DNA of 64,000 bases, taken from the IMG/VR virus record IMGVR_UViG_3300028909_000001; one strand, written 5' to 3'. Origin of the DNA: a virus (Duplodnaviria > Caudoviricetes). Positions 47,832 to 56,907 of the stretch are shown here, in pieces. A model generated the notes under the pieces. It worked only from the letters and a program-made list of their open reading frames with translations. It was not told where the DNA came from and did not search any database. The position numbers were made by a program, and so were the translations under genes. Positions within the stretch are counted from its first letter, which is position 1, and every line of letters starts with the position of its first letter.

Positions 47832-48284
47832 ATGAAACGACCTACAAGAAAAGCAACATTAGAAGATTCAGTAACGTATATTCTAGCAGAGATTAAAGAA
47901 TTAGAAGCTTGTCAATATCTGCTTACGCAGATCATTTATAAACTTACTAATGATTATGCACCGGATGATACTCTTTCTGATAGTGTAGCTAAGATAACTG
48001 AAAGAATAACTCGTAAAAAGTGCAGGCTGTTTGAACAATTAGCCACAATTTCTGTTCTTAGCCCAACTGCTGAAGCTAAGTTAAAACAAAGATTAATCGA
48101 TAAATTAAATAAATCTGGTTCATATTTCAGCAATTTTGTTAATCAATCTTGGACTGATATCTCTACCAACCCTGAAGAATTAAAGCAAACTATAAAAGAT
48201 CAGATGAGTAAAGCATTACAAGTAAGAGAGGATGAGGTAGATATGATAGCAGTACCTAAAAGGAAGTTAGAACCAGATCTATGA
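47832..48284 (+). CDS. Tagged helical hypothetical protein (RKLEPDL)
   Basis: 150-aa ORF ending in tag. Confidence 0.7.
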   Translation: MKRPTRKATLEDSVTYILAEIKELEACQYLLTQIIYKLTNDYAPDDTLSDSVAKITERITRKKCRLFEQLATISVLSPTAEAKLKQRLIDKLNKSGSYFSNFVNQSWTDISTNPEELKQTIKDQMSKALQVREDEVDMIAVPKRKLEPDL

Positions 48285-48736
48285 AGATAACTAAACGAGA
48301 AAATGATAGATGGTATGACGAAAACAATAATAGTTGGGAAACTAAAAAATTAGCTACTTTACACTCACCTACCCTAACTAATTGTAGTTGGTGTGGTGGT
48401 TGTAGAGATTGTAGAGATTGTAGAGATTGTAGAGATTGTAGAGATTGTAGTAATTGTAGTGATTGTAGTAATTGTAGTTGGTGTGGTGGTTGTAGTTATT
48501 GTATTTGTTGTAATCAGTGTATAAGTTGTAGTTATTGTAGTGGTTGTAGTAATTGTAGTTATTGTAGTCATTGTAATAATTGTAGTGATTGTGGTTATTG
48601 TCATTATTGTAGAAAATGTGAAAATTGTTATCTCGTTAGTAGTCTTGAAAATTACGCCCCACTTCTTAAATTTGAACCATCTTCAACTAGACCAGAATTA
48701 GATATTAATGATAGAAAACTAGAACCAGATCTATGA
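48281..48736 (+). CDS. Cys-repeat family protein, copy 7 (RKLEPDL)
   Basis: Family architecture; 3' ~120 nt nearly identical to copy 6. Confidence 0.85.
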   Translation: MKITKRENDRWYDENNNSWETKKLATLHSPTLTNCSWCGGCRDCRDCRDCRDCRDCSNCSDCSNCSWCGGCSYCICCNQCISCSYCSGCSNCSYCSHCNNCSDCGYCHYCRKCENCYLVSSLENYAPLLKFEPSSTRPELDINDRKLEPDL

Positions 48737-49107
48737 AGATAACTAAACGAGAAAATGATAGATGGTATGACGAAAACAATAATAGCTGGGATAGTGAAGA
48801 ACTAGCTACTTTCTATTCACCTACCCTAACTACTTGTAGTTATTGTAGTGGTTGTAGTTATTGTAGTAATTGTAGTAGTTGTAGAGATTGTAGTTATTGT
48901 AATCTTTGTAATGATTGTACTCGTTGTACTAATTGTGATTATTGTGATAATTGTAGTCATTGTGGTTATTGTAGTGATTGTAGTGATTGTTTAGGTTTAT
49001 ATAATTATCGAGATAAAGAAAATTTAGAACCTCAAGTAAGAATATTACCTCCAACATCAAGAATAGAATTAGATATTAATGATAGGAAATTAGAACCAGA
49101 CTTATGA
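48733..49107 (+). CDS. Cys-repeat family protein, copy 8 (RKLEPDL)
   Basis: Family architecture; tandem with copy 7. Confidence 0.85.
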   Translation: MKITKRENDRWYDENNNSWDSEELATFYSPTLTTCSYCSGCSYCSNCSSCRDCSYCNLCNDCTRCTNCDYCDNCSHCGYCSDCSDCLGLYNYRDKENLEPQVRILPPTSRIELDINDRKLEPDL

Positions 49108-49313
49108 CTATAGATCAAAGAATAACTAGATTGGAGAAGAAGGCTGGAAGGCCAGATTTACCAGGAACTACAATTAGTAGAATACTTTATAAGAAGAAAG
49201 GGTTTGGCTGGACTGTAGGAGTTGGAGCAATGCATTTATCTAGAATATGGTTTCATGCTAAAACTATAGAATCAGCACTATCCAAAGCTGAAAAACACTT
49301 TAAAATAAAATGA
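49104..49313 (+). CDS. Small hypothetical protein
   Basis: 69-aa ORF. Confidence 0.55.
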   Translation: MTIDQRITRLEKKAGRPDLPGTTISRILYKKKGFGWTVGVGAMHLSRIWFHAKTIESALSKAEKHFKIK

Positions 49314-50458
49314 CTAAATTTAATACACTTTATAAGCGGGCTAGTAATGGGAAGATACAGGAATGGACCATAGTTGTAGATGATAATTCTTACATAGTTA
49401 CGGAAGGCATGAAAGATGGAAAGCTAACTACTACCGCTCCTCATACATGTGAAGGTAAGAATCCTGGAAAGAAGAATGAAACTTTAGCAACAGAACAAGC
49501 TCTGAAAGAAGCCAAAGCAGTTTATGATAAGAAACTTCGTAGAGGTTATGTAGAAAGTATTGGTGACGTTGATAATACTACTTTTGAAAAACCTATGAAA
49601 GGTTCTAAGTTTCAGGATTATGAAAACGAAGTTGAATACCCTGTAGGTTATGACGATAAAATTAATGGGGTGAACTTTAGAATTAAGGCTAAAGGGATTG
49701 AAAGTACGGGTGGGGAATTCTTTTTAACTGCTCCTCACATCATTAATAGCCTAAAACCTTTATTCACTAAGTATCCAAATCTAGTATTGATGGGTGAAGG
49801 TTATAATCCTAAAGCTGAGTTCCTTCATCAAATAACTGAGATTCTTACAGTAACTAAGAAAAACAAAGACATTACACCAGAATTATTAGCATTAAGTGAG
49901 AAAGTTTGTGAATGCTGGTTATTTGATGGGTACGGCTTTGATAATATTGATGAAAATACTAATTGGATGAAGAGGAGAGAAGCAGTTAAAAAATTAGTCA
50001 AAGGTTATAAGTATGTTTATGTTTTGCCTTATAAGACAGCTAATAATAAGGCTGAGTTGGATATTGCTTTGGCTGAAAATAAGACTAGAGGTGGTGAAGG
50101 TCTTATGGTTCGTTGGAAAAATTGTGAGATAAAACATGGTAAAAGCAAATATCTACTCAAGCTAAAACATTGGGAAGATGAGGAGTTTGAATTGGTGGAT
50201 TTCGCTCTAGGGAACGGAAATTGGAGCACATTTCCTAAAAAAGCAATTTTCAAATTACCTGAACCTTGTAAAGATAGAGATGGTAATATCTTAACTACTT
50301 TTGCATCCAATATAGAAGGAGGAGAAGAATATCTTGCTAAATTATGGAAAGACCGTAAAGACTTGATAGGTAAGAAATTTACTGTGAAATACCAGCTTAA
50401 AAGTGCTTATGGTATTCCTCAAATTCCTTGGTTAATTGTACCTAGAACATATGAATAA
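49310..50458 (+). CDS. lig: ATP-dependent DNA ligase
   Basis: KING motif I, LMGEG, EGLMVR, LLKLK motif V, OB-fold tail. Confidence 0.85.
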   Translation: MTKFNTLYKRASNGKIQEWTIVVDDNSYIVTEGMKDGKLTTTAPHTCEGKNPGKKNETLATEQALKEAKAVYDKKLRRGYVESIGDVDNTTFEKPMKGSKFQDYENEVEYPVGYDDKINGVNFRIKAKGIESTGGEFFLTAPHIINSLKPLFTKYPNLVLMGEGYNPKAEFLHQITEILTVTKKNKDITPELLALSEKVCECWLFDGYGFDNIDENTNWMKRREAVKKLVKGYKYVYVLPYKTANNKAELDIALAENKTRGGEGLMVRWKNCEIKHGKSKYLLKLKHWEDEEFELVDFALGNGNWSTFPKKAIFKLPEPCKDRDGNILTTFASNIEGGEEYLAKLWKDRKDLIGKKFTVKYQLKSAYGIPQIPWLIVPRTYE

Positions 50459-50633
50459 ACAAATAATGAAACAAGCAGGGTTTACTGAAGAACTTAAACA
50501 AATAGAAGTAGGTAATTGTCCTATCTGTCGTAAACCGATAAATTTAGAAGATTTCAGAAATGCTTTGTCTAAAAGAGAATATGAGATCTCGAAAATGTGT
50601 AATGCCTGTCAGGACTTAATCTTTGGCCCATGA
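50451..50633 (+). CDS. Small zinc-finger protein
   Basis: CPIC...EYEISKMCNACQD. Confidence 0.55.
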   Translation: MNKQIMKQAGFTEELKQIEVGNCPICRKPINLEDFRNALSKREYEISKMCNACQDLIFGP

Positions 50634-50636
50634 TTT

Positions 50637-50942
50637 ATGTGGATAAAATGGAAATATAATGATCATGGCTGGCCTGATTTTAAAGAACTTGAGATCCCTG
50701 ATGATTTTGATGGTTGTGATTCGATAGAGGATTATCTTTGTGAGCGCGGATATGTTCCAATAGGTATTAAAAGATTTCTGTCGAGTAAGATAAAGTGGGA
50801 GAAGATAGACCTTACTTCTCAAGAAATTAAAGCTAGAAAGATAACTTCATTAAAGAATGAAATCCACTATCATACAATGTGTTTAGCTGACTATAAGAAA
50901 GAATTAGAGGAATTACTTAGAGATGATGTCAAAACCACTTAA
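50637..50942 (+). CDS. Hypothetical protein
   Basis: 101-aa ORF. Confidence 0.55.
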   Translation: MWIKWKYNDHGWPDFKELEIPDDFDGCDSIEDYLCERGYVPIGIKRFLSSKIKWEKIDLTSQEIKARKITSLKNEIHYHTMCLADYKKELEELLRDDVKTT

Positions 50943-51270
50943 AATGTATATCTTTGTGAGAAAATCGCTACCGTCCCACAAAGTAATTAGTGTAGCTCAT
51001 GGTGTATTAATAGCGCATTTAAAATTCAGTCCACTCACACCTTTAGTATATAGTAATGAAAACCAGAGAGTATATAATGAATGGCTTAATACCTCATTTC
51101 GCAAAGTAGTATGTGAAGTGACTGATGCGGAGTTTACGGAGCTAAAGAAGGAATCTGATTATATAACAGTAACAGAATCAGCCTTACCTGGAGAAGAATT
51201 AACACTGGTATTCTGTCCTAGATATGAATGGCCGGTAAAGTTTAAAACTTACCCTTTATTCAATATATGA
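50923..51270 (+). CDS. Peptidyl-tRNA hydrolase 2 (Pth2)-like protein
   Basis: MYIFVRKSL...VAHG...W...FRKVVCEV...T-x-x-FCP pattern. Confidence 0.6.
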   Translation: MMSKPLKMYIFVRKSLPSHKVISVAHGVLIAHLKFSPLTPLVYSNENQRVYNEWLNTSFRKVVCEVTDAEFTELKKESDYITVTESALPGEELTLVFCPRYEWPVKFKTYPLFNI

Positions 51271-51500
51271 TAAAAGTAACTATAATATACGTGGATAGCT
51301 GGTTACAAGGAAGTCATATGGTAAATTTAACTAAAATGGCTAGGGTTGAAGCCTCATCTATCAAAGCTATAATGGAATCTAAATATAGAGATTCGATTGT
51401 CTATATGTTTGAAGGTTGGCCGCTTATGGTAGGTGAAACGATAGAAGACTTAAACAAATCTGAAATTATAACAATAAACGAAGACAGTACTAAAATATAA
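51267..51500 (+). CDS. Small hypothetical protein
   Basis: 77-aa ORF. Confidence 0.5.
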   Translation: MIKVTIIYVDSWLQGSHMVNLTKMARVEASSIKAIMESKYRDSIVYMFEGWPLMVGETIEDLNKSEIITINEDSTKI

Positions 51501-51511
51501 ATAATTAACTT

Positions 51512-51588
51512 GGGTGAGTAGACCAGTGGAAGGAGTCACATGTCTTAGGAACATGGCAGGGTGGGTTCGAATCCCATCTCACCCACCA
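51512..51588 (+). tRNA. tRNA-Leu(TAG) without long variable arm
   Basis: GGGTGAG/CTCACCC, CATGT-CTTAGGA-ACATG, 5-nt variable loop, A73, CCA. Confidence 0.85.
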
Positions 51589-51617
51589 AACTAATAACAA
51601 CAATAATAACTAAACTT

Positions 51618-52328
51618 ATGGAACAAACATTACAATTACAACATTTAACAAATAATTCTGACAGCGCATTACCTTCTTTCTCTACTTTTACTGAACCAGG
51701 TATGTCACAATCAGAGCTATTACTAACTAGAATAGATACTCTGGAAGCTGGGATTAGGGAGATTAAAAATATAGGAGCAACTATAGATAAAACGTTAAAT
51801 AGTATACTTGATTTGATTGAACTTAAAGAAGCTAATCAACCAGCTACTACTGAAAACTTTACGCTAACTCCTACACCATCAACTAACGATGTAGCAGTTT
51901 CAATTATACCTACAGCAACTAAAAAATTGCTTAAGAAGGCAGAACAAGAAGGTGTTGTAGAAAAAATGCATGATGCTTTTTCAAATAATCCAATATTGAA
52001 TGCTAATAAAAATAAATTGGTTCACGCATCTCTACATAAATTGTTTGTATTGTCCTTGGTATTTGATGGCCGCTTTTCGAGTCAAGATGCTAAGAAGGCC
52101 TTGTTAGAATATGGCTTCAATTATGCTGAACAAAATGGACCTACCGCCTTATTACATGATTTTGCTAAACGAGATTGGTTGACCGAAGTTGCACCTGGAG
52201 ATACTACTCAGAATAAAAAACTTTCGTTCTATATCGTGAATCAAAAAATCCTCTCTGTTATTGCAATATTGTTAAACCCGGCTATTTTTATTGAATTGTA
52301 TGATGATAGTAGAATAACTACTGCATAG
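51618..52328 (+). CDS. Hypothetical protein (possible C-terminal wHTH)
   Basis: ATG after G-poor leader; track start lies inside tRNA. Confidence 0.6.
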   Translation: MEQTLQLQHLTNNSDSALPSFSTFTEPGMSQSELLLTRIDTLEAGIREIKNIGATIDKTLNSILDLIELKEANQPATTENFTLTPTPSTNDVAVSIIPTATKKLLKKAEQEGVVEKMHDAFSNNPILNANKNKLVHASLHKLFVLSLVFDGRFSSQDAKKALLEYGFNYAEQNGPTALLHDFAKRDWLTEVAPGDTTQNKKLSFYIVNQKILSVIAILLNPAIFIELYDDSRITTA

Positions 52329-52373
52329 TTCTACATAATAGTGATTTAATAATCGAAGACTAGACCCTTTCTT

Positions 52374-52781
52374 ATGACAATAACAAAAATAGCTAATAGA
52401 TGGTATGACGAAAACAATAATAGCTGGTTATCAGAAGAAGCAGCTACTCAATACTCACTTACCCTAACTAATTGTAGTAGGTGTAGTGATTGTAGTAATT
52501 GTATTGATTGTAGAGATTGTAGTAATTGGTGTAGTAATTGTAATAATTGTAGAGATTGTAGTTATTGTATATATTGTAGTGATTGTAGTTATTGTATATA
52601 TTGTATTGATTGTAATATTTGTAGTGATTGTAGTAGTTGTATTAATTGTAGTAATTGTAGTGATTGTAGAGATTGTAGTAGTTGTATTGATTGTAGTGAT
52701 TGTACTAATAATAAGAAGTATGAACCAGTAACTAGACCATTTATAGACTGTACTAACAGACTATTAGAACCAGATTTATGA
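52374..52781 (+). CDS. Cys-repeat family protein, copy 9 (RLLEPDL)
   Basis: Family architecture. Confidence 0.85.
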   Translation: MTITKIANRWYDENNNSWLSEEAATQYSLTLTNCSRCSDCSNCIDCRDCSNWCSNCNNCRDCSYCIYCSDCSYCIYCIDCNICSDCSSCINCSNCSDCRDCSSCIDCSDCTNNKKYEPVTRPFIDCTNRLLEPDL

Positions 52782-53026
52782 CAAATATCACAGTACGAGA
52801 TAAATATGACCAATCTATAGAAGTAGGAAATAATGTTATAGTAAAGTATTATGGCAGTATTTATAAAGGAACTGTCATTAATATTAAACTAATAAATAGT
52901 ACTGGGACTAGTACCAGTGATTTTTGTGCTCATTTAAGAGATTATTGGATTAAAGTTATCATCCATTCACCTATTAGAGGAGATAAAGAGATAACTAGTA
53001 AATCAGGAGAAATAATAAGAATATGA
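52778..53026 (+). CDS. Small SH3/KOW-like protein, untagged
   Basis: IEVGNNVIV...GTV pattern. Confidence 0.5.
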   Translation: MTNITVRDKYDQSIEVGNNVIVKYYGSIYKGTVINIKLINSTGTSTSDFCAHLRDYWIKVIIHSPIRGDKEITSKSGEIIRI

Positions 53027-53323
53027 AATATAATCTAGTTCAAATTCGTAGTCATATAAAGAATCAACTTCGTGTTTCCTTTGAAGAAATTGAAATAGAA
53101 GGTGAAGTAATAGAAATCAGTTCACCAATGAATACTGGATTTTATTATTGCCTGGCTAAAAGAGGCAAGAAATATGCTTTTGATAGATTAAAGAAACATT
53201 TAATAAAAATGTATGATAAAGAAATTACAAAGATAACAAAAGAGTTAGACATGCTTAAAGCCGTAGAATATCCACATCGAAAAATAAGACATTAATGATA
53301 GAAAGTTGGAACCAGACTTATGA
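53023..53323 (+). CDS. Hypothetical protein whose tag (DINDRKLEPDL) lies in the +1 frame
   Basis: Stop at 53293-53295; tag codons at 53288-53323 one base out of frame. Confidence 0.65.
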
Positions 53324-53751
53324 CAATAACAAAAAGAGCTGATAGATGGTATGACGAAAACGGTAATAGTTGGATAACTGAAGAACTAGCTACTACTGAC
53401 TCTCCTACCCTAACTAATTGTTATAATTGTAGAGGTTGTAGTAATTGTAGAGATTGTAGTTATTGTATATATTGTAGTGATTGTAGTAATTGTATTAGTT
53501 GTATTAGTTGTAGTGATTGTAGTAATTGTAGTAATTGTTATAGTTGTATTGATTGTAGTAATTGTAGTGATTGTTATAGTTGTAGAGATTGTAGTAGTTG
53601 TATTGATTGTAGTAGTTGTAGTGGTTGTAGAGATTGTAGTAATTGTAATAATTGTATTTATTGTAGTGATTGTACTAATAATAAGAAGTATGAACCAGTA
53701 ACTAGACCATTTATAGACTGTACTAACAGACTATTAGAACCAGATTTATGA
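53320..53751 (+). CDS. Cys-repeat family protein, copy 10 (RLLEPDL)
   Basis: Family architecture; last 92 nt identical to copy 9. Confidence 0.85.
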   Translation: MTITKRADRWYDENGNSWITEELATTDSPTLTNCYNCRGCSNCRDCSYCIYCSDCSNCISCISCSDCSNCSNCYSCIDCSNCSDCYSCRDCSSCIDCSSCSGCRDCSNCNNCIYCSDCTNNKKYEPVTRPFIDCTNRLLEPDL

Positions 53752-54593
53752 AAGCACATTGGATCATAGAAAATTTTACAGATTCGGAGGATTACAGGGA
53801 TTTAATTAAAGCAGTAAAAGATTTAGGCAAGGAATGCTTTGTAATAGATAAACGTAATCATTTTGATTTTAATCCTGCCTCATTTGTGGAAAATGAATGT
53901 GTAATAGTTCAAGGGTCAATTCAAATGGTTAAGAATATAGAATCTAGGTTACCTAAAAATTGCTTTCCCATCAAATATTGCACCTTCAACAATTATCTTT
54001 GCTCGGTTTACTATCCTAAATTAAAAGACTTCCTATTTAATGATAAGTATGTATTACTTCCGCTAAAAGAACTTAAAGAGAATAAGTTTGATTATTATCA
54101 GAAGTTTGGAAAAGAAGCACTTATATTTGTAAGACCGGATAGTGGAGAAAAGACATTTCAAGCCCAACTCTTAGATTTGCAGGATTTCGACAGATTTTGG
54201 ACTAACTCTATAGCTTCCAGTACTTTAGATGATGATTTAGTACTAGTTTCTACGCCTAAAGATATAATAGGTGAGTGGCGTTTTATATGTTCAAAGTATA
54301 ACGATGGGGAAATCATAACTCAATCTACTTATCGATATCAAGGCAAGTTATGTTATATACCTGCTGCACCTGTTAAAGCAACTGAACTTTGTAAAAATAT
54401 ATTAAAGGTTCAATATTACCCAGACTCTGTTTTTTGCATAGATATCTGCCAGGCTGGGGATAACAAGTTCTATTTATTAGAATTAACCTCCTTTTCTAGT
54501 GCTGGTCTATATGCTACCGATAAAAAGAAGATAGCAACTAGAGTAAGTGAAATAACCGAATTTGAATATGGAAGAGAAATATTCTATAGGTGA
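53748..54593 (+). CDS. ATP-grasp protein (R2K/DUF4343-like)
   Basis: FVRPDSGEKTF, GEWRF, FCIDI, LLELTSFSSAGLY. Confidence 0.75.
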   Translation: MKAHWIIENFTDSEDYRDLIKAVKDLGKECFVIDKRNHFDFNPASFVENECVIVQGSIQMVKNIESRLPKNCFPIKYCTFNNYLCSVYYPKLKDFLFNDKYVLLPLKELKENKFDYYQKFGKEALIFVRPDSGEKTFQAQLLDLQDFDRFWTNSIASSTLDDDLVLVSTPKDIIGEWRFICSKYNDGEIITQSTYRYQGKLCYIPAAPVKATELCKNILKVQYYPDSVFCIDICQAGDNKFYLLELTSFSSAGLYATDKKKIATRVSEITEFEYGREIFYR

Positions 54594-54810
54594 TCTTGTT
54601 GAATTATTAAATTTAGGTGAAGGGGAGATCGTCTCTATAAAAAACACTTATTATCATATGAGAATGTTGAATCATGTATCTATTGGTAAACGTGATTTAG
54701 ATCCGGGAGATATACTTAATGTGTGGCCTGACGAAATAGTAAAAAAGATAGTAATTCTAAGACCTGATTATAGTAACTTAGATGAAAGAAGAATTGATAT
54801 TGAATTATGA
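54562..54810 (+). CDS. SH3/KOW-like family protein with tag (RRIDIEL)
   Basis: YSIGDLV start. Confidence 0.65.
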   Translation: MNMEEKYSIGDLVELLNLGEGEIVSIKNTYYHMRMLNHVSIGKRDLDPGDILNVWPDEIVKKIVILRPDYSNLDERRIDIEL

Positions 54811-55055
54811 ATGATTATAAGGTAGGTGATGTGATTGAGGCTTTTTATGTAGCATCTATTTATTGTACAGGTAAAATAGTAGAATTTAAGTTTAAGGGAG
54901 TTCTCATACGTATACTAGAAGACATGAATTACAATGATATAATATGTTATCCTAGTAATACACAGTTATTTCTCCCATTTGAAAATATCATAGGGTTTAG
55001 TCAACTTATTAGAACAGAAAACATATATGAACGAAACCTTGACCCATATTTATAA
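54807..55055 (+). CDS. SH3/KOW-like family protein with tag (RNLDPYL)
   Basis: YKVGDVI start. Confidence 0.65.
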   Translation: MNDYKVGDVIEAFYVASIYCTGKIVEFKFKGVLIRILEDMNYNDIICYPSNTQLFLPFENIIGFSQLIRTENIYERNLDPYL

Positions 55056-55293
55056 TATAGGTGATGAAGTTAGTGGGAATTATGCACAATTAGCTGAGTT
55101 TAAAGGATTTATAGTATCATATAAATTTTATTTCAATAAACCTTGGTATTATGTACAGCTAACTGAACGCATATTTATACACAAAGAATTACCTATAGGT
55201 TGGATCATAGCTGTTTCAGAGATGGAAATTAAGGAAGTTAAAAAATTAAGAAAAGAAAACATATATGAGCGAAACCTTGACCCATATTTATAA
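55027..55293 (+). CDS. SH3/KOW-like family protein with tag (RNLDPYL)
   Basis: YNIGDEV; start overlaps previous tag. Confidence 0.65.
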   Translation: MNETLTHIYNIGDEVSGNYAQLAEFKGFIVSYKFYFNKPWYYVQLTERIFIHKELPIGWIIAVSEMEIKEVKKLRKENIYERNLDPYL

Positions 55294-55483
55294 TATAGGT
55301 GATGAGGTGGCATTTTATAGAGGTACTCATAGGTTTGAAGGTAGAATAATAAATAGCGCAGCATTTCATGATCATTGGTGTGTTCAATTATTGAACTCTA
55401 AATTTATGTCAGTACATAAACAATGTTGTAATAAAATTAGAAAAGAAAATCCTTTAGATAGGAAACTAGAGCTTGATTTATGA
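55265..55483 (+). CDS. SH3/KOW-like family protein with tag (RKLELDL)
   Basis: YNIGDEV; start overlaps previous tag. Confidence 0.65.
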   Translation: MSETLTHIYNIGDEVAFYRGTHRFEGRIINSAAFHDHWCVQLLNSKFMSVHKQCCNKIRKENPLDRKLELDL

Positions 55484-56037
55484 CAATAACTAAAAGAGAT
55501 AATAGATGGTTTGACGAAAACAATAATAGCTGGGATAGTGAAGAAGAAGCTACTCTATACTCACCTACCCTAACCGATTGTACTAGTTGTTTTAATTGTT
55601 ATAGTTGTATTGATTGTAGTAGTTGTATTGATTGTAGAGATTGTAGTAGTTGTATTGATTGTAGTAATTGTAGAGATTGTACTAGTTGTGATAGTTGTAG
55701 TGGTTGCATTGATTGTAGTGGTTGTGTTGATTGTAGAGATTGTAGTGGTTGTAGTGGTTGTATTTATTGTATATATTGTAGTGATTGTAGTGAGTGTTAT
55801 GGATGTAGAGATTGTAGTAATTGTAGTAATTGTTATAGTTGTATTGATTGTAGTAATTGTAGTGATTGTAGAGATTGTAATAATTGTAGAGATTGTAGTA
55901 GTTGTATTGATTGTAGAGATTGTAGTTATTGTAGTAGTTGTATTGGTTGTAATGACTGGACTAATAACATGAAATATGAACCGGTAATTAGACCATTTAT
56001 AGACTGTACTAACAGACTATTAGAACCAGACTTATGA
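55480..56037 (+). CDS. Cys-repeat family protein, copy 11, longest (RLLEPDL)
   Basis: Family architecture, 185 aa. Confidence 0.85.
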   Translation: MTITKRDNRWFDENNNSWDSEEEATLYSPTLTDCTSCFNCYSCIDCSSCIDCRDCSSCIDCSNCRDCTSCDSCSGCIDCSGCVDCRDCSGCSGCIYCIYCSDCSECYGCRDCSNCSNCYSCIDCSNCSDCRDCNNCRDCSSCIDCRDCSYCSSCIGCNDWTNNMKYEPVIRPFIDCTNRLLEPDL

Positions 56038-56276
56038 CACAAAAGGAATATAAAGTAGGAGATGTGGTTGATTTTGAGGTTAGTAATTTGAAAGGAATAG
56101 GAACTATAACACCATATAATGGAGACATAATGTATGCTGTAATTATAGAGGAATTTCCCGGTATACCTAGTAGAACTAAATGGCATATATTTCCTGATGA
56201 AATAACAGGTATACATGTTGAACCTAGAATAGAATTTGACATCACAAAAGATAGAAGATTAGAGTTAGAACTATGA
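56034..56276 (+). CDS. SH3/KOW-like family protein with tag (RRLELEL)
   Basis: YKVGDVV start. Confidence 0.65.
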   Translation: MTQKEYKVGDVVDFEVSNLKGIGTITPYNGDIMYAVIIEEFPGIPSRTKWHIFPDEITGIHVEPRIEFDITKDRRLELEL

Positions 56277-56527
56277 ATGAATTTGAAGAAGGAATGAAAG
56301 TTATAGTTACTTTTTATAGCGGTAATAAAGCTGTAGGAATAATAATATGGTATGCTGATGATACTTCCTATGAAGTTGAAGTCTTGCATTATACAGAAAT
56401 TAATGATAAAGAGAAAACGGTGGAGACATTTCCAAATCCTTATAGTAACATTAACTTCATAAATACCGAAGCAATACCAAGTAGAACAGAGAATCCTTTT
56501 GATAGAAAATTGGAACCAGATCTATGA
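56273..56527 (+). CDS. SH3/KOW-like family protein with tag (RKLEPDL)
   Basis: FEEGMKV start. Confidence 0.65.
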   Translation: MNEFEEGMKVIVTFYSGNKAVGIIIWYADDTSYEVEVLHYTEINDKEKTVETFPNPYSNINFINTEAIPSRTENPFDRKLEPDL

Positions 56528-56775
56528 GTGAATATAAAGTAGGAGATGTTGTAGTTTATTGGTCTATTAGTTCTAACTCAGAGGCAGTTGCTAAGATAGT
56601 CGAAACCGATTGGACTAGTTTTAATTATTTAAGGGTAATTATAATAAAACATGATCATCTTAGTGCAGGTACATCAATTTATTTAACAGAGAGTGAAATA
56701 ATAAGATTGGACGGTCCCATTATAAAACACTGTTTTGATATTATGTTAGATAGAAGATTAGATTTGGAACTATAA
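56524..56775 (+). CDS. SH3/KOW-like family protein with tag (RRLDLEL)
   Basis: YKVGDVV start. Confidence 0.65.
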   Translation: MSEYKVGDVVVYWSISSNSEAVAKIVETDWTSFNYLRVIIIKHDHLSAGTSIYLTESEIIRLDGPIIKHCFDIMLDRRLDLEL

Positions 56776-56907
56776 GTAACTGTTTTACCTTATATACCAC
56801 ATTCTCTACTCCAATCTACCACTCTCTCCCCATAATCCTCCCCATCACTCACAATTTCAACTACTTACGAAACTTGTATTAACTCTATATAATAACTTTC
56901 CAACTAT

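Noticed and set aside
4015-55972. Val/Ile-rich + strand ORFs and Thr-rich - strand ORFs overlapping the Cys-repeat genes (e.g. 4015, 6240, 6280, 33525, 33583, 37181, 37248, 45729, 48374, 52486, 53477, 55610)
   Set aside because: They are shadows of the TGT-NNT-NNT repeat, which leaves other frames stop-free; the conserved head and tag are only in the Cys frame.
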